The translations under genes and the position numbers were made by a program. 64,000 nt of DNA from Candidatus Woesearchaeota archaeon (lineage in GTDB: Archaea > Nanobdellota > Nanobdellia > Woesearchaeales > UBA583), in contig JAQICV010000092.1 in assembly GCA_027858315.1 (NCBI GenBank), forward strand, positions 334-64,333. The letters run 5' to 3'. Numbering within the stretch: position 1 is the stretch's first letter; the number at the start of each line of letters is the position of its first letter. The notes beneath the pieces are model-generated. The model searched no databases and was not told the DNA's origin. It saw only the letters and a list, made by a program, of their open reading frames with translations. Positions 28,642 to 38,523 of the stretch are shown here, piece after piece.

Positions 28642-29964
28642 ATGGATATCGATTTAAGAGGGAGGATTTTGAATAAGATTAAACCTACACCTGAAGAAGA
28701 TTCTTTGAGAAAGAAGTTGGTTGATGAGTTTATTTCGAGTCTTGAGATTAGTTGTAAAAAACTAGGTTTGAAGTGTGATTTTTTTATTGGTGGTAGTTTT
28801 GGAAAAGAGACTTATCTTACTGGAAGCAGTGATGTTGATATTTTTGTTTCTTTTGATTTGAAGTATGATGATTCGAAAATTAGTTCATATTTACAAAAGA
28901 TTTTAGATTTGGCTAATGTTGATTATGTGAAACAAAAAGGTTCTAGGGATTATTATTCTTATATTTTTAAGAATGATAAGACTGAGATTAAATTTGAGCT
29001 TGTTCCTAATAGAAAGATTAAGACTATTTCGGATGTTTTGAATTCTACGGATGTTTCTCCTTTTCATGTTGATTTTTTAAAAAAGTTGTCTCTTAAAAAT
29101 TCTTTACTTTTTGATGAGATAAGACTTGCAAAACAATTTTTTAAGGCAAAAAGATTGTATGGGGCAGAGAGTTATATTAATGGTTTTTCAGGTCATATTG
29201 TTGATATTTTAATTGCTTATTATGGCTCACTTGAGAATTTACTTTTGGATGCTAAGTCTTGGGACGAGATGAAGTTTATTGATATTAATAATTTTTACAA
29301 AGGTTTTGATGATGCTAAGAAGAAACTTGAGAGTGATAAGATTTCAAAGCTTGTTGTTGTTGATCCAATTATTAAAACTAGAAATGCTGCAAGAGCGCTT
29401 AGTGATGAGAATTATTACAAGTTTTTACTTGTTGCACAAAATTTTGATGTTTTAAGAGAGAAGGATTTTGAGGTTATTAAATTTGATTTGGTGAAAGTGA
29501 TATCTGGGGCTAAGAAATATACTAAATTAGGCAATTTGAAGGCTATATTTTATACTATTAATTTTGAAGTTGGTGGGAATAGTGAGGATATTGTAGGGTC
29601 TAAACTTTTGAAGTTGAATAATAAGATTAAAAGTTATTATTTGGCGTATGATTTTGAGGTTTTTAAAAATGAATTTTTTATTGATACTAAGTCTGGTGTT
29701 GCTCTTTTAGTTTTCTTTTTTGAGAAGAAAGAACTTTCCAAATTTAAAAAAATAACTGGACCTTATGTTTATATGAGTGATGCTGTTAGAAATTTCACAA
29801 AGGGTAGAGATATTTATTTTATTGAGGGTTCAAGAATTTATGGATATGATCTTCGAGAGTTTTTAAAACCTGAGACTATTTCTAAAATCAAGATGGAAGA
29901 TGCTAGAGATTTAGTTGGTAGAGATGTTAGTTTTATTAAGGGTATTAAGATTATGAAGTATTAA
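28642..29964 (+). CDS. cca: CCA-adding enzyme (class I tRNA nucleotidyltransferase)
   Basis: GGSFGK.TYL...SDVDIF, D.SPFH, IRLAKQF.K....YGAE..I.GFSG, DP....RNAA.ALS. Confidence 0.93.
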   Translation: MDIDLRGRILNKIKPTPEEDSLRKKLVDEFISSLEISCKKLGLKCDFFIGGSFGKETYLTGSSDVDIFVSFDLKYDDSKISSYLQKILDLANVDYVKQKGSRDYYSYIFKNDKTEIKFELVPNRKIKTISDVLNSTDVSPFHVDFLKKLSLKNSLLFDEIRLAKQFFKAKRLYGAESYINGFSGHIVDILIAYYGSLENLLLDAKSWDEMKFIDINNFYKGFDDAKKKLESDKISKLVVVDPIIKTRNAARALSDENYYKFLLVAQNFDVLREKDFEVIKFDLVKVISGAKKYTKLGNLKAIFYTINFEVGGNSEDIVGSKLLKLNNKIKSYYLAYDFEVFKNEFFIDTKSGVALLVFFFEKKELSKFKKITGPYVYMSDAVRNFTKGRDIYFIEGSRIYGYDLREFLKPETISKIKMEDARDLVGRDVSFIKGIKIMKY

Positions 29965-30008
29965 TTGTTTTGGGAAACTTTTTTATATTACTTCTTGTTT
30001 GTTTTTTT

Positions 30009-30482
30009 ATGAGTAATAATATTTTTATGTATGGGCCTTTTTTTAATTCTGATGGAGAGCGAAAAATTGCAGTAGGTACTGGTATTGATGAAGAATTTTT
30101 TAGAAAGAATATTTGTTTACATAATCAAATTTATGCTGAAGATAGTAATTGTCAATTTAAGGATTTAGAAATTACTTCAATGAAGGATTTTTATGTTGAT
30201 GGTATTGTTGCTGAGAATGTTGAAAGTGTATTTAAAGTAGGTAGTGAAGTTTATAAGAATTGTAAGAGTTTATATTTGTTAAAAAAATATTCGGATTTAG
30301 ATTCTGGTGAGATTGTTGGTTTGTATTCTGGGAATAATCGATCTCATGTTAGTTTTAATATGGTTGATCATTTAATGAAAAATTATCCTTCTGTTATGAG
30401 TGATGAAATTCATCTTGAGAGTTTAGAGACTAAAGTTGATTTTGGTGGTTTGATTGCTCTCTTTAGGGATAAAGAAAAGTAA
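30009..30482 (+). CDS. Hypothetical protein
   Basis: ORF only; start moved to ATG 30009. Confidence 0.5.
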   Translation: MSNNIFMYGPFFNSDGERKIAVGTGIDEEFFRKNICLHNQIYAEDSNCQFKDLEITSMKDFYVDGIVAENVESVFKVGSEVYKNCKSLYLLKKYSDLDSGEIVGLYSGNNRSHVSFNMVDHLMKNYPSVMSDEIHLESLETKVDFGGLIALFRDKEK

Positions 30483-30488
30483 ATTTAT

Positions 30489-30896
30489 TTATTCTAATCT
30501 TTTTTTGATTAAAATTATTTCTCCTATTGTCCCATAATAGATAAAAGGTCCAGCGATAGATAAATATATTAGAAATGTAATTATATTTGCAACTGAGATA
30601 GGAGGAAGTAATCCAATTTCTAATTCAAATAATATTGTATAACTAATCAATAAAAATATGATTGTCATGAAAATATAATTTATACTATAAAAAATAATAT
30701 TTTCTTTGATAATCATGATTATGCTTAATATTGCAAACAATCCTAGTAATATTAATGGTATGTATGGAACAAGTAATCCGAGAAATAAAGTCAGACTTAC
30801 AATTCCTAAAATGAATGAAATTAGAAGTTTAGCATCTCTTAATTTTGATTCTGGATTATTAATATTAATATTTTGAATAATTTTTTTAAATTCCAT
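30489..30896 (-). CDS. Hypothetical membrane protein, co-oriented downstream of smc
   Basis: About 4 TM segments. Confidence 0.6.
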   Translation of the reverse strand: MEFKKIIQNININNPESKLRDAKLLISFILGIVSLTLFLGLLVPYIPLILLGLFAILSIIMIIKENIIFYSINYIFMTIIFLLISYTILFELEIGLLPPISVANIITFLIYLSIAGPFIYYGTIGEIILIKKRLE

Positions 30897-30897
30897 T

Positions 30898-33800
30898 TTA
30901 TTTTAATTCCACTACTGGAGTAGCGTCTTCATCAAGGTAACCTTTCATATTTCTTAAGTCTAGACTTACTACATCTGAGATTTTGTATTGGTCCATTGTT
31001 ACTCCATATATTGTTTCTGATGATTGAATAAAGTGTTCAGAGTGAGATACTACAATGTACTGAGCATTTGCTGCATAGTTTTTAATTAGTTTTCCTAGTT
31101 TTTCTGCGTTCATTATATCTAGAGCTGCATCTACTTCATCGAAGATGTAGAATGGAGCTGGAGAGAATTCTTGGACTGCAAAAATGAACGCGATTGCTGT
31201 AATTGTTTTTTCTCCACCTGAAAGGGATTTGATGTCAAGATAGTTTTTAGCAGTCATTCTTACTTTAATCTCAACTCCTGAGTTGAATAAATCTGCTTCA
31301 TTTTCCATGTTTAATTCTGCTTCTCCTTTTGTTGAAAGTTCGGCAAATATTTTGATGAAATTTTCTTTTAGTTGGACGAAAGTTTCTAAGAATTTTTCTT
31401 TCTTTTTTGCATCCATTTCCGTAACTAGTTTTAAAATTTCTAATTTTTCTTCAGTTAATGAACTTCTTTTTTCCAGTAATAAATCAAACTCTTCTTTTAG
31501 TTTATCATAAATTTTAACAGCTTTCATATTAATTGATCCAAAACTGTTTAATTTTGTTTTTAGATAATTAACTTTATTTTGAAGTTCTTTGATGTCGATA
31601 TTTCTATTTTGAAGTTTATCGTCAACTGAATTGATTAATTCATCAATTTTATTTTCTCCAGTTTTATTTTCTTGTTCTTCTTCATTGTTTTCGATAAATT
31701 CTACTTTTAATTGTTCGTATAATAATTCTAGTTCATCGTTTAATGTATTTTTTAGTGTTTCGTATTCTGAAATTGCATAGTTTAATTGAGCAAGTCTTTC
31801 TTTTACTTTATCAAATTTAGAATATTCTTTTTCATATTTTTCTTCAATTTTTTTTTTATTTTCTTTTAATAAATCTCTTTTTTCAATGAAGTCTTTGTAA
31901 TCTTTTGATAATTCTTTTTCTTTCTTTTTGAATATTATTAACTCTTCATTTAATTCTTTTAGGATTTGTGTTAAATCGTCTAATTGAGTTTTGATGTTAA
32001 TTATTGCTTCATCACTTTCTTTTAGGATTTTCTCAAGGTTTATAATTTCAGGATTTAATACGCTGTTAATTTGAGTATTGTTTGAATCTATTAGTGAGAA
32101 TATTTCCCTTTGTTTTTCTTTTAGTTTGTCTCTTTTTTCTTCGTATTCAGATATTTTCCCAAATGCTTGTCCACTTTCTGATGAGGATGTTTTGAATTTG
32201 TTTTTCTTTTCTTGCGCGATGCCAAGTTCTTTGTCAATTTCATCGATTTCTCTTGAGATTTTCTTAAGTGAATTCTCTATTACAGTTTTATCTGAAACTA
32301 TGCTTTCAATATCTTTTTTGATTGAGTCTGTATCTTTTCCTTCAATTGATAATAGTTTTTCAAGTTTTGATATATCACCTTCAAGGTCTGCTTTTTCTTG
32401 TCTTAGGTCATAGATTTTTCTTTCAGAGTCTTCTTTGTCTTCTTTTAATAGATCCATAGTTGATTTTAGACCCATAACTTTTGCATCTAGTTCCATTAAT
32501 TTTTCAGTTGATTTATCATCTTTGAATGCTCCTAGTGCTTTGTTTCTTGATCTAAAACCTCCACTCATTGCTCCTGATTTTGCAACAATGTCTCCTGCTA
32601 GAGTTATCATTTTGTAGTCTCCAATTCCTACTCCTTTTGCATCTTCAATTTTTTCAATTACAACTGTGTCTTGGAATACTAGATTAAATATGTTATCATA
32701 TTGTTTGTCGTATTTTATTAGGTTTAATGCGTAGTCAATTACTCCTCTTTTATTTAATACGCTATCATCTAGTCTGAATTTAGTATTAACTTTATTTAGA
32801 GGTAAGAATGTTGCATTTCCTATTTTATTTTCTTTTAGATAATTGATGTATTTTACTGCGGTGTTGTCATTATCAACTACAAGATTGAATAGGTTTTTTC
32901 CAGCTACTGTTTCAAGTGCCATAGAATATTTGTCAGGTACTGTTGCAAGTTCTGCTACTGTTCCATGAATCGAGTTGTCTTTGTGTTTTAGTTTTAATAT
33001 TGTATCAACTGCTTTGTTTGTTGCCATTAAATCTTTTGAACTTTCAACTTTCATTCTTAATTTTGAGTGTTCTTCAACAAGCTCAGAATATTCTTTGTTT
33101 AAATTGTGGAGTTTTGCTGAAGTTTCGGAATTATTTGAGATTGAACTTGATATTTCTATTATTAATTTTTTAAGTTGTTTTCTCTTTTTATCTAAGTCAT
33201 CAAATTGCGCTTTGTTTTCTGTTGAAGATGATTCAATTTTTCTTAAGTCAATTTCAAGATGCTCAATTTTTGTGTTTAATTTTTCAACTTGGATTGCATT
33301 GTCTTGTCTGATTTGATTTTTGTTGTGTTTTTTATCATTTAATTGGTCTATTAATTCATCAACTTCTTCTAAGTCTTTGAAGCTGTCACCTGAAAAATTG
33401 CCTTTCATTTTTGTAATTTCAGTTTCTACTTCACCTAATTCTTTTTGGATAGTTTTTCTTTTTATTTCTAAATCTTTATTTTTTTGTTCAATAATTTTTA
33501 GTTTTTCTTTTGTTTGTTTGATGTTTTCTTTAATGTTTGTAGATTTTGTTTTTATTTCTTCGGATTGTTTTTGAATTTCTGCTTTTTTTTCGGATTGTTT
33601 TTGAATTTCTGCTTCAAGTGAAGTTATTTTGTTTGTTACAGAGATGAAGTCTTGATGTGATTTGATTTCAATTGATTTTTCAAGTTCTTCGATTTTTTTA
33701 TTAATGTCTGCTTCTGTTGTTTCGAATTCTTCAAGTTTGTCTTTATGTTTAGTTAATTCTACTTCTTGAGTTTTGATGTCTGTTTCTTTTTTCTCTTTTA

Positions 33801-34524
33801 GTATATTGTTCCGAATTAGTTTTGCTTTTACTAGGAGTAGATTGTTGAATCTTAAGTCATCTTTTACTTGATGGAATTTTTCTGCTTGTTCTTTTTCTGA
33901 TTTTAGTTCTTTTATGTATTTAGTTTTTTCTTCAAGTAGTAGGTCTGCTTCTTTTAGATTTGTTTCTACTTTGTCAAGTTTCTTTAGAGATTGTTGTCTT
34001 TTTTCTTCATAGTTTGATATACATGCAATTTCCTCTATTAATTCTCTTCTCTCATTTGGGCTCATATTTACAACTCTCATAATATCTCCTTGTAATATAA
34101 TGTTGTATCCGTCTGGGTCAATTGATGCTCTTTTTAGAATTTCTACGATTTCAGTTCTTGTACATTTATTGTTGTTTAAATAATAGTTTGAACTTCCACT
34201 TTTTTTCACAATTCTTGAGATTTTAATTTCATCAAGTTCTACATTTAATAATTCTCTTTCATCGTTTGATAAATAGATTGCAACTTCTGCTTCTTTTGAA
34301 GGCTTAGTAGTTTTACCTCCATTGAAAACTAGGTTCCCTAATTTGTCTGCACGAAGCCCTTTTGAGGACATTCTTCCTAAAACAAAACATAGTGCATCAA
34401 AGACATTGGATTTCCCTGAACCGTTTGCACCAACGATTGTATTGAATCCATCTTCGAAGTTTAGAATAGTAGGATTTGCAAAAGATTTGAACCCTTTTAA
34501 TTTAATACGTTTAATTATACTCAT
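30898..34524 (-). CDS. smc: Chromosome segregation protein SMC
   Basis: GFKSF, GANGSGKSN, hinge domain (G.V.EL...ALE..AG..L...VV; G.ATFLPL), LSGGEK, FDEVDAALD. Confidence 0.97.
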   Translation of the reverse strand: MSIIKRIKLKGFKSFANPTILNFEDGFNTIVGANGSGKSNVFDALCFVLGRMSSKGLRADKLGNLVFNGGKTTKPSKEAEVAIYLSNDERELLNVELDEIKISRIVKKSGSSNYYLNNNKCTRTEIVEILKRASIDPDGYNIILQGDIMRVVNMSPNERRELIEEIACISNYEEKRQQSLKKLDKVETNLKEADLLLEEKTKYIKELKSEKEQAEKFHQVKDDLRFNNLLLVKAKLIRNNILKEKKETDIKTQEVELTKHKDKLEEFETTEADINKKIEELEKSIEIKSHQDFISVTNKITSLEAEIQKQSEKKAEIQKQSEEIKTKSTNIKENIKQTKEKLKIIEQKNKDLEIKRKTIQKELGEVETEITKMKGNFSGDSFKDLEEVDELIDQLNDKKHNKNQIRQDNAIQVEKLNTKIEHLEIDLRKIESSSTENKAQFDDLDKKRKQLKKLIIEISSSISNNSETSAKLHNLNKEYSELVEEHSKLRMKVESSKDLMATNKAVDTILKLKHKDNSIHGTVAELATVPDKYSMALETVAGKNLFNLVVDNDNTAVKYINYLKENKIGNATFLPLNKVNTKFRLDDSVLNKRGVIDYALNLIKYDKQYDNIFNLVFQDTVVIEKIEDAKGVGIGDYKMITLAGDIVAKSGAMSGGFRSRNKALGAFKDDKSTEKLMELDAKVMGLKSTMDLLKEDKEDSERKIYDLRQEKADLEGDISKLEKLLSIEGKDTDSIKKDIESIVSDKTVIENSLKKISREIDEIDKELGIAQEKKNKFKTSSSESGQAFGKISEYEEKRDKLKEKQREIFSLIDSNNTQINSVLNPEIINLEKILKESDEAIINIKTQLDDLTQILKELNEELIIFKKKEKELSKDYKDFIEKRDLLKENKKKIEEKYEKEYSKFDKVKERLAQLNYAISEYETLKNTLNDELELLYEQLKVEFIENNEEEQENKTGENKIDELINSVDDKLQNRNIDIKELQNKVNYLKTKLNSFGSINMKAVKIYDKLKEEFDLLLEKRSSLTEEKLEILKLVTEMDAKKKEKFLETFVQLKENFIKIFAELSTKGEAELNMENEADLFNSGVEIKVRMTAKNYLDIKSLSGGEKTITAIAFIFAVQEFSPAPFYIFDEVDAALDIMNAEKLGKLIKNYAANAQYIVVSHSEHFIQSSETIYGVTMDQYKISDVVSLDLRNMKGYLDEDATPVVELK

Positions 34525-34714
34525 TATACTATATTTCTCCTAAAATTAGGTTATAAATATTTGTTGTCAAAAAAAGTGGTAGTTGTTGTTTTTTGGTAAT
34601 TTATTGCTTAGTTAGTGATATTTTATTCTTAATTAATTTGAAAAAGAAATAATTCCTATATTTTTTTAAGTTTTCACTCCTTATTGTTTGGACAAAGTTT
34701 TAAATATTCTTTTT

Positions 34715-34741
34715 ATAAAGTCGTACTTAGTACGACTTTAT
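34715..34741. promoter_or_regulatory. Palindromic operator ATAAAGTCGTACT-T-AGTACGACTTTAT overlapping the start codon
   Basis: Perfect 13-bp arms; same TCGTACTTAGTACGA core as at 3430-3452; TTTAAATA box near 34699. Confidence 0.75.
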
Positions 34742-37700
34742 GGTAAACAAAAATGTACTGAGGACTTTGAATGTTTGGACGATGATTCTAGTGCTTAGTA
34801 TGTTTATTTTACCTTCGATTTATGGAATAAGTGCTGCGCCTTGGGCTGATGCTTCTGAACTTTATAGGCAAGAAATTAATATTACTGGAGCAAGTGTTTC
34901 AATTGATAATTTAACACATACTTTCGTTATAGATTCAAGTAATGTTGGTGCAAGTTTTGATTTTACAAATGATAGAGATTCAGTTAGATTTTATTATTTT
35001 AATTCAACCTCTAATGTTAGTTCTTTAATACCTCATTATGCTTCTACTTGGAGCGTTGTTGATTTGAATGCAACTTTAATGATTAAGGTTCCTTATTTGG
35101 ATGCAAGTTCTGATGCTAATTTATTTATGTATTATCATGATTCTACTAAGTCGAATTCGGAGAATTATTGTAGTGTATTTATTTATTGTGATGATTTTGC
35201 AGATGCTTCAATTGATTCTAGGTTGTCAACAGTTGATTTAGATACTGTTGCAGGAACTTCTTTTAGTGAGGGTTCAGGAGTCTTAACTGTTATTGCTGGT
35301 GGTTCAGATACTTGGACTGGGACAGATCATTATGGTTCTGTTTATTTGACAGGAGTGTCAGGGGATGTTGATGTAAGACTTGAAGTTACTTCACAAACAA
35401 ATCCTAATGTATGGGCTAAAGCTGGAATTATGTTAAAAAATGATATGACTGCTGCAGCATCTTCAACAGGATATTCTTTTAATGTTAGGACTCCTGGAAA
35501 TGGTTATTCATTTCAAAGAGATATGAATGATAATGGTTATTTGGATACGAATAATAATGGAGGTGCTCCTTCAGTTTCACCTTCTTATGTTAGATTAGTT
35601 AAAAGTGGAAATACACATACTGGTTATTATTCGAAAACTACACCTAATGCTTGGACTTTAATTACTAGTTCATCAATTACTTCAACAAATAATATTCAAG
35701 ATATAGGAATTTCACTTACTTCACATGCTGGTTCAACTTTATGTACAGCAACTTTTGATGATTTTACTGTTAGAAGATATTCAACAGACACTTTTTCAGA
35801 AATTTTTGGGAATGAGGATAAACTTACAAATTATTTGAGCTCAGTTGTTAATGATCCTTCTATTTTAGCAATTACTAATATGGTACAGAATAAAACTTTT
35901 GTTTTTAATAGCAGTGTTTCTTGTTTTGGGATTGATAATAATTCGGATTGTGGGAATGTTAGTGCAAATCTAAAGTATAATTCTTCGAGTGTCTTTAGTA
36001 GTGTTGCAACAAGTTCTTCAATTCCTGTTTGGTCTATTAGTTCTAATCCTCAAAGTTGTAATTTATTATATAATAGTTCTTGTACTTTTACTTGGACTGT
36101 TAATGCTACTGGTATAGTTGGTTCAATTCATAAGCTAAATGTTTTGTATTCAAGTAATGTTACTGATATATTGAATAAGACTTCTAAAAATGCATCAATT
36201 AAAATCATTAATGGTGATAGTGTGAATTTTAATCAGAGTTTCTATGATTTTTCATCATTTGATAAAAATAGTGGTGATAGAGAAATTACATTAGAAGTTA
36301 TTTCAGATAACGGTGATAATACAAATTTAGTGGTTTCTTGTGAGAGTGGAGATTGTTCTTTGATCTCAGATAATTGGTTAGATGGAATTAATTTGAATGA
36401 GGGTATTTCAAATAATATTGAGTTCACTTGTTCTGATTCGAGTTATGGTGATTATAGCGCAATTTTTAGTGTGACTTCTGATGAGTATGATGATAAATCT
36501 TTAATTAATGTTAGTTGTTTTGTTAATCCTATTTATGGTCCTATTAATGTTTATTTGACTAGTCCAACTCCATTAAGTACAAAGCTTGTTGGACAGAATA
36601 GAACATTTAGTTTTGATTCTTATTTTAATTGCACTGGACTTTGTGGCAATGTTAGTGCATATGCAGTTTATTCAAGTTCTAGTTGGTGGAATCCTGCTTG
36701 GTCATATAGACAGGAGTTGAATATTTCAATTTCGGATGCAATACCTTTAGGATATCAGATTTTATTGAATTTAACTTCGAGTACTATTGGAAGTAATTTT
36801 GATTGGTCGAATAATTGTAATGATGTAAGAATTTTGAATGGGAATACTGAATTAAATTATTGGATTGAGACTTGTAATTCAACAACTGAAAATTTATATG
36901 TTTGGATTGAGAGTGATTCTGCTTTTGCTTCTTCTTCAAATTATATTTTAGATTTGTATTATGGAAATTTTTGGGCGGTGTCAAATAGTAATGCTAGTTC
37001 AGTTTTTAGTTCTGATTTAATTCATTTAACTGCGGGTAGATGTCCTGCTTCTGATGGTGCTTGTAATTATTTGGATAATATTGTAGATGGTCAAACAATT
37101 AGAGCTAATATTGGGGCAATTAATTGGGATGTTGATGGAACTGGTTATGTTAGTACAATTAATAATCCTGATAATCCTTATTCGGGAATAGATGATAATT
37201 TTTATTTGAGATACAGAGCACTTTATATTCCTTCTGTAACTGGAACTTATTGGTTTGGAACTGCTTCCGATGATGGTTCTAATGCTGGATTGTGGAGTTA
37301 TGATGGTTATGGATATGGTTTGTCAACACCAACTTCTTTATCTAATCATGATATAGTAACTGATTGGTATGGTGCTCATGGAAGTGGAACTTGTGGAGCT
37401 ACAGCAGGAATTGAAAGGTCAAGGACTTTAAATGATGGTTTTGGTTATTGGATAGATTATGTTATGCAAGAAGTTAGTGGAGGTCAGGATTCTGAATTTT
37501 GTGTTGATTTGCCAGGAGGTGGAACTAATTATTTGAATTTTAATGATGTTAATTTTGGGGGTGATTTTTATGCAAGAACTTATGTTGAAAATGAACCATT
37601 ATTAGATGATGTTAGTTTAGAAGAGAGTCTGATTATTAGTACAGATTTATCAGAAACTCCTTTTTGGACAAGTTCATTTCAACCTCAAAGTTGTATCCCA

Positions 37701-38444
37701 ATTGAAGATGGAACTTGTCCTTTTTCATGGACAGTTAATGCTACAGGTGCTATAAATAGTTCTTGGAATATAAGTGTTTTTTATGTTTCTAATTTATCTA
37801 GTATCTTGCCTAATCAAACTCTATATACTACTATTAATATTACTGATAATATTGAACCAGTGATTACATTGTATAATCCATTAAATGTTACGAAAATATT
37901 AGGTAATGGGAGTGTAGAATTTTTATTTAAGGTTGATGATGATTCTAGTATTTTGAATTGTAGTTTTTATTTAGATGATGTTTTAAATCAATCTTTTAAT
38001 TGTAATAGTGGAACTAATTATTCACTTAATTTGTCTTTTTACCCAGGTAATTATGATTGGTATGTTAATGTAATTGATGAGATGTATAATTCAGTTAATT
38101 CTTCTAAGTATGAGTTTTGGATGATTTATAATCAGTCTGCTAGAGTATCAAAAAGTATTAGAAATATTAATACAAATATGTATTTTATAGAAGTAAATAT
38201 AAGTAATTCTCTTAGTGATTTTACTTCTCCAATTAGTGTAATGAATTATGTTGATTCAGATTTTTCTTCAGGTTCTTATAGTGTCATTTATGATTGGATT
38301 AATGTAACAATTGGATATTATGTAGGAGATATTTTAGGTTGGGATTTAATTGTCCCTCAATTAGTTTCTCGAGAAATTAATTACTCCGTTAGTGGGATTG
38401 ATGACTATTATTTGGGTAGAGAATTTATGGTTGGTTTAGATTAG
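34740..38444 (+). CDS. Large secreted surface protein, paralog of 3452..7045 (two DUF2341 domains, DUF1349-like and PA14-like inserts, shared C-terminal domain)
   Basis: Collinear scaffold (CESGDCS, IYGPI, QPQSC.PIEDG.C.F.W.VN.TG); WAKAGIM motif; GTYWFGTASDDGS PA14 motif; ends EFMVGLD. Confidence 0.85.
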   Translation: MVNKNVLRTLNVWTMILVLSMFILPSIYGISAAPWADASELYRQEINITGASVSIDNLTHTFVIDSSNVGASFDFTNDRDSVRFYYFNSTSNVSSLIPHYASTWSVVDLNATLMIKVPYLDASSDANLFMYYHDSTKSNSENYCSVFIYCDDFADASIDSRLSTVDLDTVAGTSFSEGSGVLTVIAGGSDTWTGTDHYGSVYLTGVSGDVDVRLEVTSQTNPNVWAKAGIMLKNDMTAAASSTGYSFNVRTPGNGYSFQRDMNDNGYLDTNNNGGAPSVSPSYVRLVKSGNTHTGYYSKTTPNAWTLITSSSITSTNNIQDIGISLTSHAGSTLCTATFDDFTVRRYSTDTFSEIFGNEDKLTNYLSSVVNDPSILAITNMVQNKTFVFNSSVSCFGIDNNSDCGNVSANLKYNSSSVFSSVATSSSIPVWSISSNPQSCNLLYNSSCTFTWTVNATGIVGSIHKLNVLYSSNVTDILNKTSKNASIKIINGDSVNFNQSFYDFSSFDKNSGDREITLEVISDNGDNTNLVVSCESGDCSLISDNWLDGINLNEGISNNIEFTCSDSSYGDYSAIFSVTSDEYDDKSLINVSCFVNPIYGPINVYLTSPTPLSTKLVGQNRTFSFDSYFNCTGLCGNVSAYAVYSSSSWWNPAWSYRQELNISISDAIPLGYQILLNLTSSTIGSNFDWSNNCNDVRILNGNTELNYWIETCNSTTENLYVWIESDSAFASSSNYILDLYYGNFWAVSNSNASSVFSSDLIHLTAGRCPASDGACNYLDNIVDGQTIRANIGAINWDVDGTGYVSTINNPDNPYSGIDDNFYLRYRALYIPSVTGTYWFGTASDDGSNAGLWSYDGYGYGLSTPTSLSNHDIVTDWYGAHGSGTCGATAGIERSRTLNDGFGYWIDYVMQEVSGGQDSEFCVDLPGGGTNYLNFNDVNFGGDFYARTYVENEPLLDDVSLEESLIISTDLSETPFWTSSFQPQSCIPIEDGTCPFSWTVNATGAINSSWNISVFYVSNLSSILPNQTLYTTINITDNIEPVITLYNPLNVTKILGNGSVEFLFKVDDDSSILNCSFYLDDVLNQSFNCNSGTNYSLNLSFYPGNYDWYVNVIDEMYNSVNSSKYEFWMIYNQSARVSKSIRNINTNMYFIEVNISNSLSDFTSPISVMNYVDSDFSSGSYSVIYDWINVTIGYYVGDILGWDLIVPQLVSREINYSVSGIDDYYLGREFMVGLD

Positions 38445-38523
38445 TCTCTATATATAATACCTGTGCGTATCTTTTATATAATAACATAATTTTATAAATG
38501 ATTTTTATAGCTTTTTATATAGC

